A DNA stretch of 64,000 bases from an uncultured Gammaproteobacteria bacterium (lineage in GTDB: Bacteria > Patescibacteriota > Microgenomatia > Levybacterales > UBA12049). The stretch spans positions 296,977-360,976 of the forward strand of contig CAZKJM010000001.1 in NCBI GenBank assembly GCA_964553245.1, given 5' to 3'. A program made the translations under genes and the position numbers. The notes beneath the pieces were generated by a model. That model made no database searches. It saw only the letters and a program-made list of their open reading frames with translations, and was not told the origin of the DNA. Shown piece after piece: positions 1 through 9,404 of this stretch; within the stretch, counting starts at the first letter, position 1; each line of letters opens with the position of its first letter.

Positions 1-2296
1 AACGTGGTTTTCTAAACCTTGAATCAATAGGTGAGTATCCTCTTTTATTTTTATCTCTCCAATTACCGCCTCCCGATGTCCCTCTTTCTCTTCTTAATTG
101 CATTGACAAAGGGTGTGCTTTTCTTTCCGGTCTCTGATTATGCCCTCTTTCTATACTTGTGCTTCTTGAATAAGCTCCTTCTTTTTGATCGTCCGAACCA
201 AAATTCATTGAAAGATTTATTCTTCCTTGTTCATCTATTTCTATTACTTTTACTTTTACTTTTTGACCAATAGACAGTACATCTGCCGGATCCTTTACAA
301 ATTCTCCGGAAATTTTAGAAACATGAACCATTCCTTCTTTTCCGGGTAAAAGCTCTACAAAAGCACCAAAAGGCAGAATTCTTTTTACTTCCCCATCAAA
401 AATTTCCCCTACTATAACTTCTCTTGTTAATCCCTTTACCCAATCCGTTGCTTTTTGAACAGCTTCTTCCGATGTTCCGGATATAGCAACCGAGCCGTCA
501 TCTTCAACATCTACTGTTGCGCCTGTTTGAGAAATTATATTTTTAATTACTCTTCCACCGGGACCAATTACTTCTCCGATTTTATCAACCGGTATATGAA
601 TAAGCTCTATTTTCGGTGCGTATTCGGAAACCTCTGTTCTAGAACTTGGTAAAACAGCCTGTATTTTTTCTAAAATTGACAATCTTGCAATTTTCGCTTT
701 CTCTAAAGTTTCTTTTACTTGATCCAATGTTAGTCCTTGGTTTTTAACATCGAGTTGAATTGCAGTAACACCGTCTTTTGTTCCTGCAACCTTAAAATCC
801 ATGTCTCCTGAAAAATCTTCCAATCCTAAAATATCTGTTAGGATTACATAGTTTTTTTCATCACTCATCATTCCCATTGCGATACCAGCAACCGGTTTTT
901 TAATTGGAACTCCTGCGTCCATTAAAGCAAGAGTTGATCCGCAAGTTGCTGCCATAGAAGTTGATCCGTTGGAGGATAAAATTTCCGATACCACTCTTAT
1001 TGTATATGGAAAAACATCTTGCTTTGGAACAACAGCCATAATTGCTCTTTCTGCTAAAGCCCCATGACCAATTTCTCTTCTTGAAGGAACCCCCATTCTT
1101 CCGGTTTCTCCAACTGAATACGGAGGCATTGAATAATGATGAATGTATCTTTTTGCTTCTTCTCCTTCTGCTGATTCAATTAATTGCTCAAGCTTTGGCG
1201 AGCCAAGCGTTACAACGGTTAAAGCCTGTGTATCTCCTCTTTGAAAAACAGCAGAACCGTGAGTCCTTGGTAAAATTGAGACCGTACAGTTAATTTCTCT
1301 TACTTGGTCAATTTTTCTACCATCCGGTCTCTTTGATTTCTTAATAACATCTTCCCTAATCCCTTTAAACAAAACCATTTCAAGTGCTTTTGCGATTGTT
1401 TTTTTATCTATATCCTCTTCTGGATTTTCCGTTTTCTCGTGGTTAAAAATCGTATTTATTAAATCCTCTGTATCGTTTCCATTGGCTTCTTTCGTTGCTC
1501 TCTGAGGAATTAATGCTAAGACTTCCGATTTATAATTTTTTTCAATTTTTTGAATAAACTCGTACAACTTTGGATTTTGCGATACTTCTTCTTTTTTACT
1601 CCCGATTTTTGCAGCAAAATCTTCTATAAATTCTATAATTTTTGTCGTATTTTCGTGCGCTTTTTTAATACTTTCCGAAACTATTTCTTCCGAAGCTTCA
1701 AGGCTTCCCGCTTCTATCATTAATGTTTTTTCTCTTGATTGAGTAACAATTAAATCAAGCTCAGAAAATTCTGATTCTGCAGCTCCGGGATTAATCACAT
1801 ATTCTGCATTTCCGTTTCCCGATTCCTTAACAAAACCTACCCTGACTGCCCCAATTGGTCCCTTCCATGGAATTTTTGAAATTGCCAAAGCCGCGCTTAC
1901 GGCATTAATCGAAAGGATATCTGGTTCGTTTTCTCCATCAACAGAAAGAACTGTTACTACAACTTGAACTTCCTTTTTGTATTCTTTGGGGAAAAGAGGT
2001 CGTATAGATCTATCTATTAACCTCCCGGTTAAAATTGAATCATCAGATGGTCTTCCTTCTCTTTTTACCCAACGACTTCCTTTAATTCTTCCACCCGCGT
2101 ATAATCTCTCTACGTATTCCACTGTTAAGGGAAAATAATCAATATCTTCTCTTTCTCTTCCTTCTACTACGCAAACCAAAACCATAGTATCCCCAAGTCT
2201 TGCTAAAACAGATGAAGTTGCTTGCTTTGCAAGTTCACCAACTTGAAGCATCAAGGTCTTTCCTGCCAATTCTAATTCTACTGAGGTTTTTTTCAT
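1..2296 (-). CDS. pnp: Polynucleotide phosphorylase (PNPase), partial. The C-terminal end runs off the window start.
   Basis: The minus-strand frame starts at the ATG at 2296 (MKKTSVELELAGKTLMLQVGELAKQ...). It contains RNase PH-like repeats, a KH region and a C-terminal S1 region (GEIFDGEVKRILPFGAFVEL). It runs off the window edge, which is why it is absent from the ORF track. It sits in the classic rpsO-pnp arrangement. Confidence 0.9.
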   Translation of the reverse strand, partial: MKKTSVELELAGKTLMLQVGELAKQATSSVLARLGDTMVLVCVVEGREREDIDYFPLTVEYVERLYAGGRIKGSRWVKREGRPSDDSILTGRLIDRSIRPLFPKEYKKEVQVVVTVLSVDGENEPDILSINAVSAALAISKIPWKGPIGAVRVGFVKESGNGNAEYVINPGAAESEFSELDLIVTQSREKTLMIEAGSLEASEEIVSESIKKAHENTTKIIEFIEDFAAKIGSKKEEVSQNPKLYEFIQKIEKNYKSEVLALIPQRATKEANGNDTEDLINTIFNHEKTENPEEDIDKKTIAKALEMVLFKGIREDVIKKSKRPDGRKIDQVREINCTVSILPRTHGSAVFQRGDTQALTVVTLGSPKLEQLIESAEGEEAKRYIHHYSMPPYSVGETGRMGVPSRREIGHGALAERAIMAVVPKQDVFPYTIRVVSEILSSNGSTSMAATCGSTLALMDAGVPIKKPVAGIAMGMMSDEKNYVILTDILGLEDFSGDMDFKVAGTKDGVTAIQLDVKNQGLTLDQVKETLEKAKIARLSILEKIQAVLPSSRTEVSEYAPKIELIHIPVDKIGEVIGPGGRVIKNIISQTGATVDVEDDGSVAISGTSEEAVQKATDWVKGLTREVIVGEIFDGEVKRILPFGAFVELLPGKEGMVHVSKISGEFVKDPADVLSIGQKVKVKVIEIDEQGRINLSMNFGSDDQKEGAYSRSTSIERGHNQRPERKAHPLSMQLRRERGTSGGGNWRDKNKRGYSPIDSRFRKPR

Positions 2297-2302
2297 TTAA
2301 TA

Positions 2303-2572
2303 TTAACTCTTAAGCCCAATCCTTTTTGAAATACCTGAGGAACGTGCTTTATCTACTTTTCCTAAGAAATTTAATAATCTCCTTCTCTTTGCAATCATAG
2401 ACAAAAGTCCGCGCCTGCTGTGATTATCATGAAGATGATCTTTTAAATGCAAAGTTAGTCTTTCTATTCTTTTTGTCAATAAAGCAATCTGAACCTCCGG
2501 GCTTCCTGTGTCGCCCTTAATGGTTTGATATTCTTTAATTATTTCTTGTTTTTGAGAAGTACTAAGTGGCAT
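2303..2572 (-). CDS. rpsO: 30S ribosomal protein S15
   Basis: 89 aa ([16 protein letters not shown]...[29 protein letters not shown]) is the typical S15 sequence. It lies immediately upstream of pnp. Confidence 0.9.
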   Translation of the reverse strand: MPLSTSQKQEIIKEYQTIKGDTGSPEVQIALLTKRIERLTLHLKDHLHDNHSRRGLLSMIAKRRRLLNFLGKVDKARSSGISKRIGLKS

Positions 2573-2639
2573 AAATTAAATCACTTATTTCTTAATTAAT
2601 TGCAATTATATCAGTTTTCGCCTTGCTTGGCAATAAGCT

Positions 2640-3542
2640 TTAAAAGTTGGTTGAACCCTTGTAGATTTTTGGCATTAGCCAATCTTCCGGAGGATTTTGG
2701 TCTTTTTTTACGACCTCTTCCAAAACCTGTTTTTGTTCTTTTACTTCTACATCCTCCTTTACTGATGGAGAAAAAGAACTCTTACTAAATGCACTTGAAA
2801 GACTTTGATCATAGGCTTTTCTGGATCCGCCGTTTCTTATTAGAAAACCAGCCATTTCAAAAGCAATCGGACTTGTGTTTTGATTTTGAAAATTTCCTGT
2901 CCCGTTTTGTATTCCCTGTATTAAATTTTGGGAAATATCAGAATCGATTTTTAATCCAAGTTCAAAAATAAGATTTGCGATTATTTCAGAAACTGAAGAA
3001 AACTTTGTAGAAGTCATCACTATATCTCCAAAACCCTGATTTTCGTTTTTATTATCAATATTAATAACCAGAGTGTTTTTAAATTCTGCCGGATTAAACA
3101 CCTCACCCAAATCCGAAAGTCTTGGTGTTCCAATTACAAAAACTAATTCAGGAACTCCTTGGGATCTTATGAATTTAACATCTCTTTCATCAAAAGATAA
3201 ACCTTGTTCTCCTGCTTTAATTATTATGTTTAAAAATCCATTCTCTAGAGTATAAGAAGCTTTTTCAATTTCTCCTTCTTTGTACGGAAAAGCTACAGTT
3301 AAATCTCCCTTTTTACCTTGAAATCCTGTTCTTAATTTATCTATTCCTATTAAATTTGACAAAGCGACTGTTGGCTCTGCCGAACACACTATCGATACAT
3401 TTTTAGAAAGTGCTTTAACCGATAAATACAAACTTAGAGCAGCTGCCATATCATCAATACTTGGAAAACCTCCGACAGCAATACCTATATTATTATTTTT
3501 TTCGATGGCTTCCTTAATCTGCTTTAAGGCTAAATTGTCCAT
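2640..3542 (-). CDS. DHH-family phosphoesterase-like protein (NrnA-like), with apparently degenerate metal-binding motifs
   Basis: 300 aa in the operon position where NrnA or a DHH protein follows infB and rbfA. The N-terminal segment GGFPSIDDMAAALSLY aligns to the NrnA PDGDAxGS motif, but with Asp-to-Ser/Ile substitutions. No clear DHH triad was found. Confidence 0.4.
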   Translation of the reverse strand: MDNLALKQIKEAIEKNNNIGIAVGGFPSIDDMAAALSLYLSVKALSKNVSIVCSAEPTVALSNLIGIDKLRTGFQGKKGDLTVAFPYKEGEIEKASYTLENGFLNIIIKAGEQGLSFDERDVKFIRSQGVPELVFVIGTPRLSDLGEVFNPAEFKNTLVINIDNKNENQGFGDIVMTSTKFSSVSEIIANLIFELGLKIDSDISQNLIQGIQNGTGNFQNQNTSPIAFEMAGFLIRNGGSRKAYDQSLSSAFSKSSFSPSVKEDVEVKEQKQVLEEVVKKDQNPPEDWLMPKIYKGSTNF

Positions 3543-3549
3543 ATTTTTA

Positions 3550-5025
3550 TTATGAGTGGGATATTAACATATCACCTATAGTAAAGTCAAGGAAAGGGGA
3601 GAGAATAATACCTGCTTCTTGACCGCTTTCTACTTTAGATGTTTGATTTTTTCCTTGTCTGACAGAAACTATTAAGCTCTCTCCAATAATATTATCATCT
3701 CTTAAAATTCTTATCTTGTCGCCTTTTGCGATTCTCCCTTCCAAAACCGCGATTCCTAAAACCTCTGTTTTTTCAAAAGGAAATCTTGCCAATATCTTAG
3801 CTTTTCCGTAAATCTTTTCTAACATTGCCATTCTTTTTCCTTCTAAAAAGTCTTTTACCTCGTCTATCATTTCATAAATAATTGTGTAGTTTTTAAACAA
3901 AACTTTTTCTACATCCGCCAATCTTGCAACATCCGGTCTTGCTTTTATATTAAATCCTAAAATAATTGCGCCTGAAGACTTTGCCATCAATATATCAGAT
4001 GACTCTATGTCTCCGGTTTTCTGAAGAATTATCCTTATTTTTTCGGGCATTGCTTCACAAATTGCCTCTAAAGAGCCTTGCGTATCCGTACAAATTATCA
4101 CAGCTAAAATATCTTCATTTATTGAAGAACCTATATTTAAAAACTCTTCTTTTGTAAGATCTGCTAGTTTTCTTTCTTCTTTTTGCACAACGGTATCTTT
4201 AACTTCCGTCGTAACTATCTCTCCAACCTTTGGCACACTTTCAAAGCCAAGTATCTCAACTGCATCCCCAACTGTTGCGGATTTTAATTGTGCCCCGGTT
4301 GGACTTATGATATTTCTAACTTTTGCTTTGATATCCTGACAATAAATTTCGTCCTTAATATTAACCACGCCGTTTTTTATAATTATCGTTGCTTTAGAAC
4401 CGGCTTTAGGGTCAAGCTTTGACTCTATAACTATTCCTTCGAATGGATTCTGTGAAGAATATTTATAAAAACTAGCCTGTCTTTTCATATCGTAAACAAG
4501 AATTATCAATTCCAATAATTCTTTTATGTTTAAATTGGTTTTTGAGGAAACTTCAATCATAGGAACTTCTCCGCCGTATTCTTCAAGGGTTACTTCTTCT
4601 TTTAATAACTGTTGTTTTAGTTTTTCAACATTTTTTTCCACAACATCCACTTTTGTAATAACAACTATGTACGGAATACCCGAAGATTTTAAAAGAGCTA
4701 TACTTTCTTTTGTTTGAGGCATTACCCCATCAACTGCAGAAATTACCAAGATGCCGATATCCGCAGCCTGAACTCCACGTCCCCGCATTAAAGAAAATGC
4801 TTCATGACCGGGAGTATCAATAAAGGTAATTCTTCTTTTTACACTATCGTGCATTATTTCTATTTCCGATGCTCCAATTTTCTGAGTAATTCCACCATGT
4901 TCTCTCTGGGCTATATTAGTTTTTCTAATAGCATCCAAAAGCGTTGTTTTCCCATGATCAACATGACCCAAAACAGCAACAACAGGCGGAAAAATGGCTT
5001 TCTTAACTTCTTCTTGTTTCTTCAT
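3550..5025 (-). CDS. infB: Translation initiation factor IF-2 (short form lacking the N-terminal domains)
   Basis: 491 aa. It begins directly with the G domain (VVAVLGHVDHGKTTLLDAIR...DTPGHEAF...) and is followed by the IF2 beta-barrel and C-terminal domains. Confidence 0.9.
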   Translation of the reverse strand: MKKQEEVKKAIFPPVVAVLGHVDHGKTTLLDAIRKTNIAQREHGGITQKIGASEIEIMHDSVKRRITFIDTPGHEAFSLMRGRGVQAADIGILVISAVDGVMPQTKESIALLKSSGIPYIVVITKVDVVEKNVEKLKQQLLKEEVTLEEYGGEVPMIEVSSKTNLNIKELLELIILVYDMKRQASFYKYSSQNPFEGIVIESKLDPKAGSKATIIIKNGVVNIKDEIYCQDIKAKVRNIISPTGAQLKSATVGDAVEILGFESVPKVGEIVTTEVKDTVVQKEERKLADLTKEEFLNIGSSINEDILAVIICTDTQGSLEAICEAMPEKIRIILQKTGDIESSDILMAKSSGAIILGFNIKARPDVARLADVEKVLFKNYTIIYEMIDEVKDFLEGKRMAMLEKIYGKAKILARFPFEKTEVLGIAVLEGRIAKGDKIRILRDDNIIGESLIVSVRQGKNQTSKVESGQEAGIILSPFLDFTIGDMLISHS

Positions 5026-5101
5026 GTTAAAAACTTTCTAGAGGCTTTGGAAGATTTTGAAAATTTTTATTAATTAAACAAAAATATTCATTGTAATAAA
5101 A

Positions 5102-6205
5102 TTAACTATTTGCATTTTCTTCCTTGACCTCTTCTTTGCCGACTGGCGGATTTTCTTCCTCTACAAGTTCTTTATCAACCGGTGGTTTTTCCGGTTTTAC
5201 CTCTTCTTTCTTTTCTCCTTTAGTGGCTTCTTCTTCTGGTTTCTCCGATGCTTCCTCTTTTTTACCTTCTATTTCTATTCTGTATCCTGTTAATTTTGAG
5301 GCTAATCTTACATTTTGACCATCTTTTCCAATAGCCAAAGAAAGCTCACTTTCCGGAACTAAAACATGAGCTGTTAATTCTTTTTCGTCAATTTCTACTT
5401 TTAAATCCTTAGCTGGAGAAAGAGCTTGTGCTATATAATTTTTGGGGTTATCTTGCCATTGAATAACATCTATTTTTTCAAGACCGTTAAACTCCTGAAT
5501 AATCGCCTGTATTCTTACTCCTTTTTGCCCAACGCAACTTCCAACAGGATCAATTCCAGACTGATTCGAAAAAACAGCAATTTTACTTCTATTACCTGCT
5601 TCCCTAACAACTTGCTTTACCTCAACCGATCCTTGGGCAACCTCCGGAACCTCTCTTTTTAAAAGCCCTTCAATTAAACCGGTGTGTGATCTTGAAACAA
5701 TTATTTCCTCTCCCTTTAAACCTTCTCTAATTTCTACTATGTAAACCGTAATTCTTTGATTTAAATAGTATTTTTCATTTTGAATTTGCTCATTCGGAGG
5801 CATTATTCCCTCTGTTTTTCCTATATCAACAATAATATTCGGGCCTGCAAATCTTAAAACCATTCCATTAATTACGCTTCCAACTTTATGTTTATAATCA
5901 GACATTATTGCTTCTTTTTCTTTTTCTCTTATTTTTTGTAAAATTACTTGCTTTGCTGTTTGAGCAGCAATTCTTCCAAAACCCGGGGGGGTTATATCTT
6001 TATTATCTTTTAGTATTTTTGCTTCTCCTGTATTTTGGTCTAAATCAACGGTAAATTCTTCAACTTCAACACCAGGGTGGTCTTTTCGGTAAGCTGCTAG
6101 AATTGCATTCCTAACTGTTTCCATAATCACGGAAACATCAATCCCCCTTTCGGCGGCTACTTGATTTAATGCTAGTGCAAATTCGCTTCTTTGTATTGCT
6201 GGCAT
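5102..6205 (-). CDS. nusA: Transcription termination/antitermination factor NusA
   Basis: 367 aa with a NusA N-terminal domain, an S1 domain and KH domains. It has an E/K-rich low-complexity C-terminal tail and lies upstream of infB. Confidence 0.9.
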   Translation of the reverse strand: MPAIQRSEFALALNQVAAERGIDVSVIMETVRNAILAAYRKDHPGVEVEEFTVDLDQNTGEAKILKDNKDITPPGFGRIAAQTAKQVILQKIREKEKEAIMSDYKHKVGSVINGMVLRFAGPNIIVDIGKTEGIMPPNEQIQNEKYYLNQRITVYIVEIREGLKGEEIIVSRSHTGLIEGLLKREVPEVAQGSVEVKQVVREAGNRSKIAVFSNQSGIDPVGSCVGQKGVRIQAIIQEFNGLEKIDVIQWQDNPKNYIAQALSPAKDLKVEIDEKELTAHVLVPESELSLAIGKDGQNVRLASKLTGYRIEIEGKKEEASEKPEEEATKGEKKEEVKPEKPPVDKELVEEENPPVGKEEVKEENANS

Positions 6206-6214
6206 ATATTTAGT

Positions 6215-6236
6215 AAAAAGGTGGGCTTACCCCACC
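6215..6236 (-). terminator. Intrinsic terminator hairpin (GGTGGG-cttac-CCCACC followed by a T-run on the minus strand)
   Basis: A perfect 6-bp GC stem spans 6220-6236. AAAAA on the plus strand at 6215-6219 gives TTTTT after the hairpin on the minus strand. It lies downstream of the CAP-domain gene and 10 nt upstream of the nusA start. Confidence 0.45.
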
Positions 6237-6309
6237 AAACTACATACTACTTAACTAAATTCATTTTAACAGGTTTAATAGCTTCAGTCAAGAAAATAAC
6301 AAAATTTAT

Positions 6310-6939
6310 TTAGGGATTCCAGCCTTCATAAGCATAATAATCTCCGTCTTGCCAAATACAAACATAAGGCGTGTCATCAAGCATATTCTTGGCATGCAAA
6401 CTGGAATTAATCCAATTATTTACAACTTCTTTGTAGTTAGAATTCATTGCTATGTTTTCCGTTATAACCTTATAGCTTGGATACGGAAGGGTTTGAGAAT
6501 TTATTCTTTGCGTAAATCCATCATGGTTAAAATTTTTAGAAATCTCTCCTGCTCTTATCTTAGCAAAGGAACAAGTTTCTGAATTACTTATTGCCGCCGA
6601 AAGCCCCTTTGATCTCCTGAATTCATTAACCATATCTAACAAATAGTTTTTAACATCTCTGTTTGTATTTTTAACAGCTTCGTCTTCTTTCATCTTTGCT
6701 TTGGGAATTAGTGTTGGAGTATTAGTTAAAGTCGGTTTTGTGGTTGAAATAGGCATATTTGTTGGAATTGAGGTTAAGACAGTAACGGTTGACACAGAAA
6801 CACTTTCCCCAAAAACAGTTTTTGTGGTTTTTTTAGAAATCTGCGCTTCGGATTTATAATTATAAAGCATCCATGAGGCAGAATAGATGGTTAGAAGCAC
6901 AGCGATAAAAAAGATCAACGACCCTGCCAATCGCCGCAT
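6310..6939 (-). CDS. Membrane-anchored CAP/SCP/PR-1 family protein (YkwD-like)
   Basis: 209 aa with an N-terminal TM helix and a Thr/Pro-rich linker. The C-terminal domain carries CAP motifs (NEFRR..., ITENIA, VVNNWINSSLHAKNML). Confidence 0.55.
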   Translation of the reverse strand: MRRLAGSLIFFIAVLLTIYSASWMLYNYKSEAQISKKTTKTVFGESVSVSTVTVLTSIPTNMPISTTKPTLTNTPTLIPKAKMKEDEAVKNTNRDVKNYLLDMVNEFRRSKGLSAAISNSETCSFAKIRAGEISKNFNHDGFTQRINSQTLPYPSYKVITENIAMNSNYKEVVNNWINSSLHAKNMLDDTPYVCIWQDGDYYAYEGWNP

Positions 6940-6946
6940 TTATTTA

Positions 6947-6975
6947 AATATACCTTCAAAAAATATTACTGTCAA
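6947..6975 (-). promoter_or_regulatory. Sigma70-like promoter TTGACA-N17-TATATT for the CAP-domain gene (near-leaderless)
   Basis: The reverse complement of 6970-6975 is TTGACA. The spacer is 17 nt and the reverse complement of 6947-6952 is TATATT. The ATG follows 7 nt later. Confidence 0.35.
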
Positions 6976-7018
6976 ATTTTTTATAGGCTTTGTATCTTTT
7001 GTATATATATTGTATATA

Positions 7019-7048
7019 TTGACAGACTGATATTTTTTAAACTATGAT
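7019..7048 (+). promoter_or_regulatory. Candidate promoter TTGACA-N18-TATGAT for the RTX-repeat gene
   Basis: TTGACA at 7019-7024 and TATGAT at 7043-7048. This would give a leader of about 180 nt. Confidence 0.25.
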
Positions 7049-7165
7049 TTTCACAAATCAAAGGCAGGAAAAATATCAAGCAATACCAACCTGTCCTCTG
7101 ATTTAAATTTCGACCGCAAACGGAGAAATATGAAAACTGTCCAAATTATTTTTGGGTTAGATTTA

Positions 7166-7197
7166 AGCCTGGTATAGAAATATACGGGCTTTTTTTG
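7166..7197 (+). terminator. Terminator-like hairpin plus T7 run inside the 5' leader of the RTX-repeat gene (possible attenuator)
   Basis: The hairpin is AGCCTGGTATA-gaaa-TATACGGGCT followed by TTTTTTTG. It sits about 35 nt upstream of the AGGAGGTG RBS. No plus-strand gene lies upstream of it. Confidence 0.4.
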
Positions 7198-7233
7198 TTG
7201 GTTAAATTTAAAACGGAAAGGAGGTGAAAAAGA

Positions 7234-8667
7234 ATGAAAAAATTTTTTGTAATCATATTAGGAATATTCTGTTTTGGAGGAATAATTACTTCTGTATCCG
7301 CAGAGACAATAACGGATTTAACTATTACTCCAGTTTCATCGGTTTTTGATGCAAATAATGTGTCTTCCGTTAACGATTCTGCGCCTGGATTCGCTAGCGG
7401 TAGCTTCATGTCAAATGGCAATGGGAAAACTGATATGTACTTTACGCCAGTGGGTTTATTTGGACGAGAAATTACATTAGGAGAAATATCTAGTATTAGT
7501 TATTGGACTAAAACAAACTCTACTCACGCTATAGATCCACGAGATTGGTATTTAACAATTTACACAAAACCCTATTCTGGAGACATTTCTAGTGCATCAT
7601 GGTATGGCGATCGCATAGGTACTGAGCCGTATTTTTCAATTAATATAGTCGATCCAGCTAACACATGGAATCAGTGGTCTACTGACGGGACAAATAATAA
7701 GTTGCGCTTTTTTGAATCTACTGCAGGTGCACCTGGCGCAACCTTTGGAAGCTACACGGATCCAGAATGGTCTATGTTTAAAGCTGGGAATGCCCTATCG
7801 AGTGAACCTTATGCTACACATGGTATTCTATACTTTTCTGTACAAACGGGGAGTGCTTGGGCAACAGGCTTTACGGGTCAATTAGACGGCTTACAAATTG
7901 AGCTTACTGACGGATCGATTGCTAAGATTAATTTTGAAGCATATTCTGCCCCATCGGTGCCGGTAATAACAACCCCGGCAAATAACTCAATTGTAAATGT
8001 TTCTGATATGGTAAAAGTTGACTGGGATGACTCAATCGGCACATACCCGCCTTTTGAGTACCAATACGAAGCATATTCCAACGCAGATTATACAAATCTT
8101 TTGTATCAAAGCGCTTGGTTAACAGCATCAGAAATACCAACACCTGGAACACCACCGGGAGAATATTACATTCGCGTTAAAGCAAAAGACGGTATTGGAA
8201 CAGAAACAGAATGGAGCAATGAATCAGTAAATCCTTATAAAATTACCGTTGTCGATCCATATGCAATTCCTGCTGTTTGTAAAAATATTACCGGTCTTGG
8301 AGCACCGATAATCGGCACCAACAAAAGCGAAGTAATAAAAGGAACAAGTGGGAACGATTTAATTTTTGCTCTTGGCGGAAGCGATAAAATCGATGGAAAA
8401 AGTGGTAAGGATTGTATTATCGGAGGCGATGGAAGTGACGTGCTTATCGGAGGAGAAGGTAATGACGTACTTCTTGGAGGCAACGGAAGCGATAGTCTTG
8501 ATGGCGGAAATGGAAACGATAAGCTTTACGGTGAAATCGGAAGCGATTATTTAAAAGGAGGAAACGGAAATGACGCGCTTGATGGTGGAGATGGAAGTGA
8601 CTCTGCTGTTGGCGGAAATGGAACAGATACTTGCACAACAGAAGCTAATAAACAGTGCGAAGTATAA
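7234..8667 (+). CDS. Secreted protein with an FN3/Ig-like region and C-terminal RTX-type (hemolysin-type) calcium-binding nonapeptide repeats
   Basis: 477 aa with a signal peptide. The C-terminus carries GGxGxD repeats (GGSDKIDGKSGKDCIIGGDGSDVLIGGEGNDVLLGGNGSDSLDGGNGNDKLYG...). A strong RBS, GGAGGTG, lies 8 nt upstream. Confidence 0.7.
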   Translation: MKKFFVIILGIFCFGGIITSVSAETITDLTITPVSSVFDANNVSSVNDSAPGFASGSFMSNGNGKTDMYFTPVGLFGREITLGEISSISYWTKTNSTHAIDPRDWYLTIYTKPYSGDISSASWYGDRIGTEPYFSINIVDPANTWNQWSTDGTNNKLRFFESTAGAPGATFGSYTDPEWSMFKAGNALSSEPYATHGILYFSVQTGSAWATGFTGQLDGLQIELTDGSIAKINFEAYSAPSVPVITTPANNSIVNVSDMVKVDWDDSIGTYPPFEYQYEAYSNADYTNLLYQSAWLTASEIPTPGTPPGEYYIRVKAKDGIGTETEWSNESVNPYKITVVDPYAIPAVCKNITGLGAPIIGTNKSEVIKGTSGNDLIFALGGSDKIDGKSGKDCIIGGDGSDVLIGGEGNDVLLGGNGSDSLDGGNGNDKLYGEIGSDYLKGGNGNDALDGGDGSDSAVGGNGTDTCTTEANKQCEV

Positions 8668-8719
8668 AACGTTTAACGAATCGTAGATCGAAATACAATT
8701 TTGAAAGGAGGTGAAAAAA

Positions 8720-9349
8720 ATGAATATTAAAACAAAATTACTTACAGGAACAATAATGGCAGCATTTTTAACATTGGTGTTTGTACCAACGACGTTTGCT
8801 GCAAAAAAGGTAGTTGTCAAGAAAAATGGTGCCGGTTCAAAAAATACTGTTACAGCTGTTAAAGTAAACAAAACAAAAACTCAACAGCTTAATTTAACGG
8901 CAGTTGGTAATGTTGTAATCGGCTTGCAAAACACCGGTCTTAATTCCGCAGTCGGAAATACCGGAGACGGAGGAACAGATGTTAATTCCGGAGATACAAA
9001 ATCAACAGTTACCAATCGAACGACAACAGGAGGAAACGAAGCAACTGTAAATCCATGCGGTTGCGAAGTAACTCCTTGCGAATGCACAATGGAAAATTCT
9101 GTTGTAATCGCTAAAAACGGTGCTGGTTCAAAAAATGAAGTTACGGTTTATGACGTAAATAAAACTAAAGTTGAACAAGCTAATGCAACTATAGTTGTCA
9201 ATGCCGTAGTTGTAGCCCAAAACACCGGTCTTAATTCCGCAGTCGGAAATACCGGAGACGGAGAAGTTTCTGTTGATTCAGGTAACGCAGAATTAACAGC
9301 TACTAATAGTACAATAACCGGAGGAAATGTTTATAATCCTGGTATGTAA
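8720..9349 (+). CDS. Secreted Asn/Gly/Thr-rich repeat protein, paralog A (two ~90-aa modules separated by a Cys knot)
   Basis: The likely start is the ATG at 8720 with AGGAGGTG upstream; the ORF track begins at the GTG at 8711. It has a signal peptide, and the module NGAGSKN...QNTGLNSAVGNTGDG...TGGN occurs twice around CGCEVTPCEC. It shares its repeat with the genes at 10025, 11222 and 13527. Confidence 0.6.
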   Translation: MNIKTKLLTGTIMAAFLTLVFVPTTFAAKKVVVKKNGAGSKNTVTAVKVNKTKTQQLNLTAVGNVVIGLQNTGLNSAVGNTGDGGTDVNSGDTKSTVTNRTTTGGNEATVNPCGCEVTPCECTMENSVVIAKNGAGSKNEVTVYDVNKTKVEQANATIVVNAVVVAQNTGLNSAVGNTGDGEVSVDSGNAELTATNSTITGGNVYNPGM

Positions 9350-9379
9350 AAACATTAAGGATTATTACTAAAAGCCCTG

Positions 9380-9402
9380 CCCGAATAAAAGGCGGGGTTT
9401 TT
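9380..9402. terminator. Weak hairpin CCCG-N9-CGGG plus T-run between convergent genes
   Basis: GCCCTGCCCGaataaaaGGCGGGGTTTTT. The stem is short. Confidence 0.25.
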
Positions 9403-9404
9403 GG

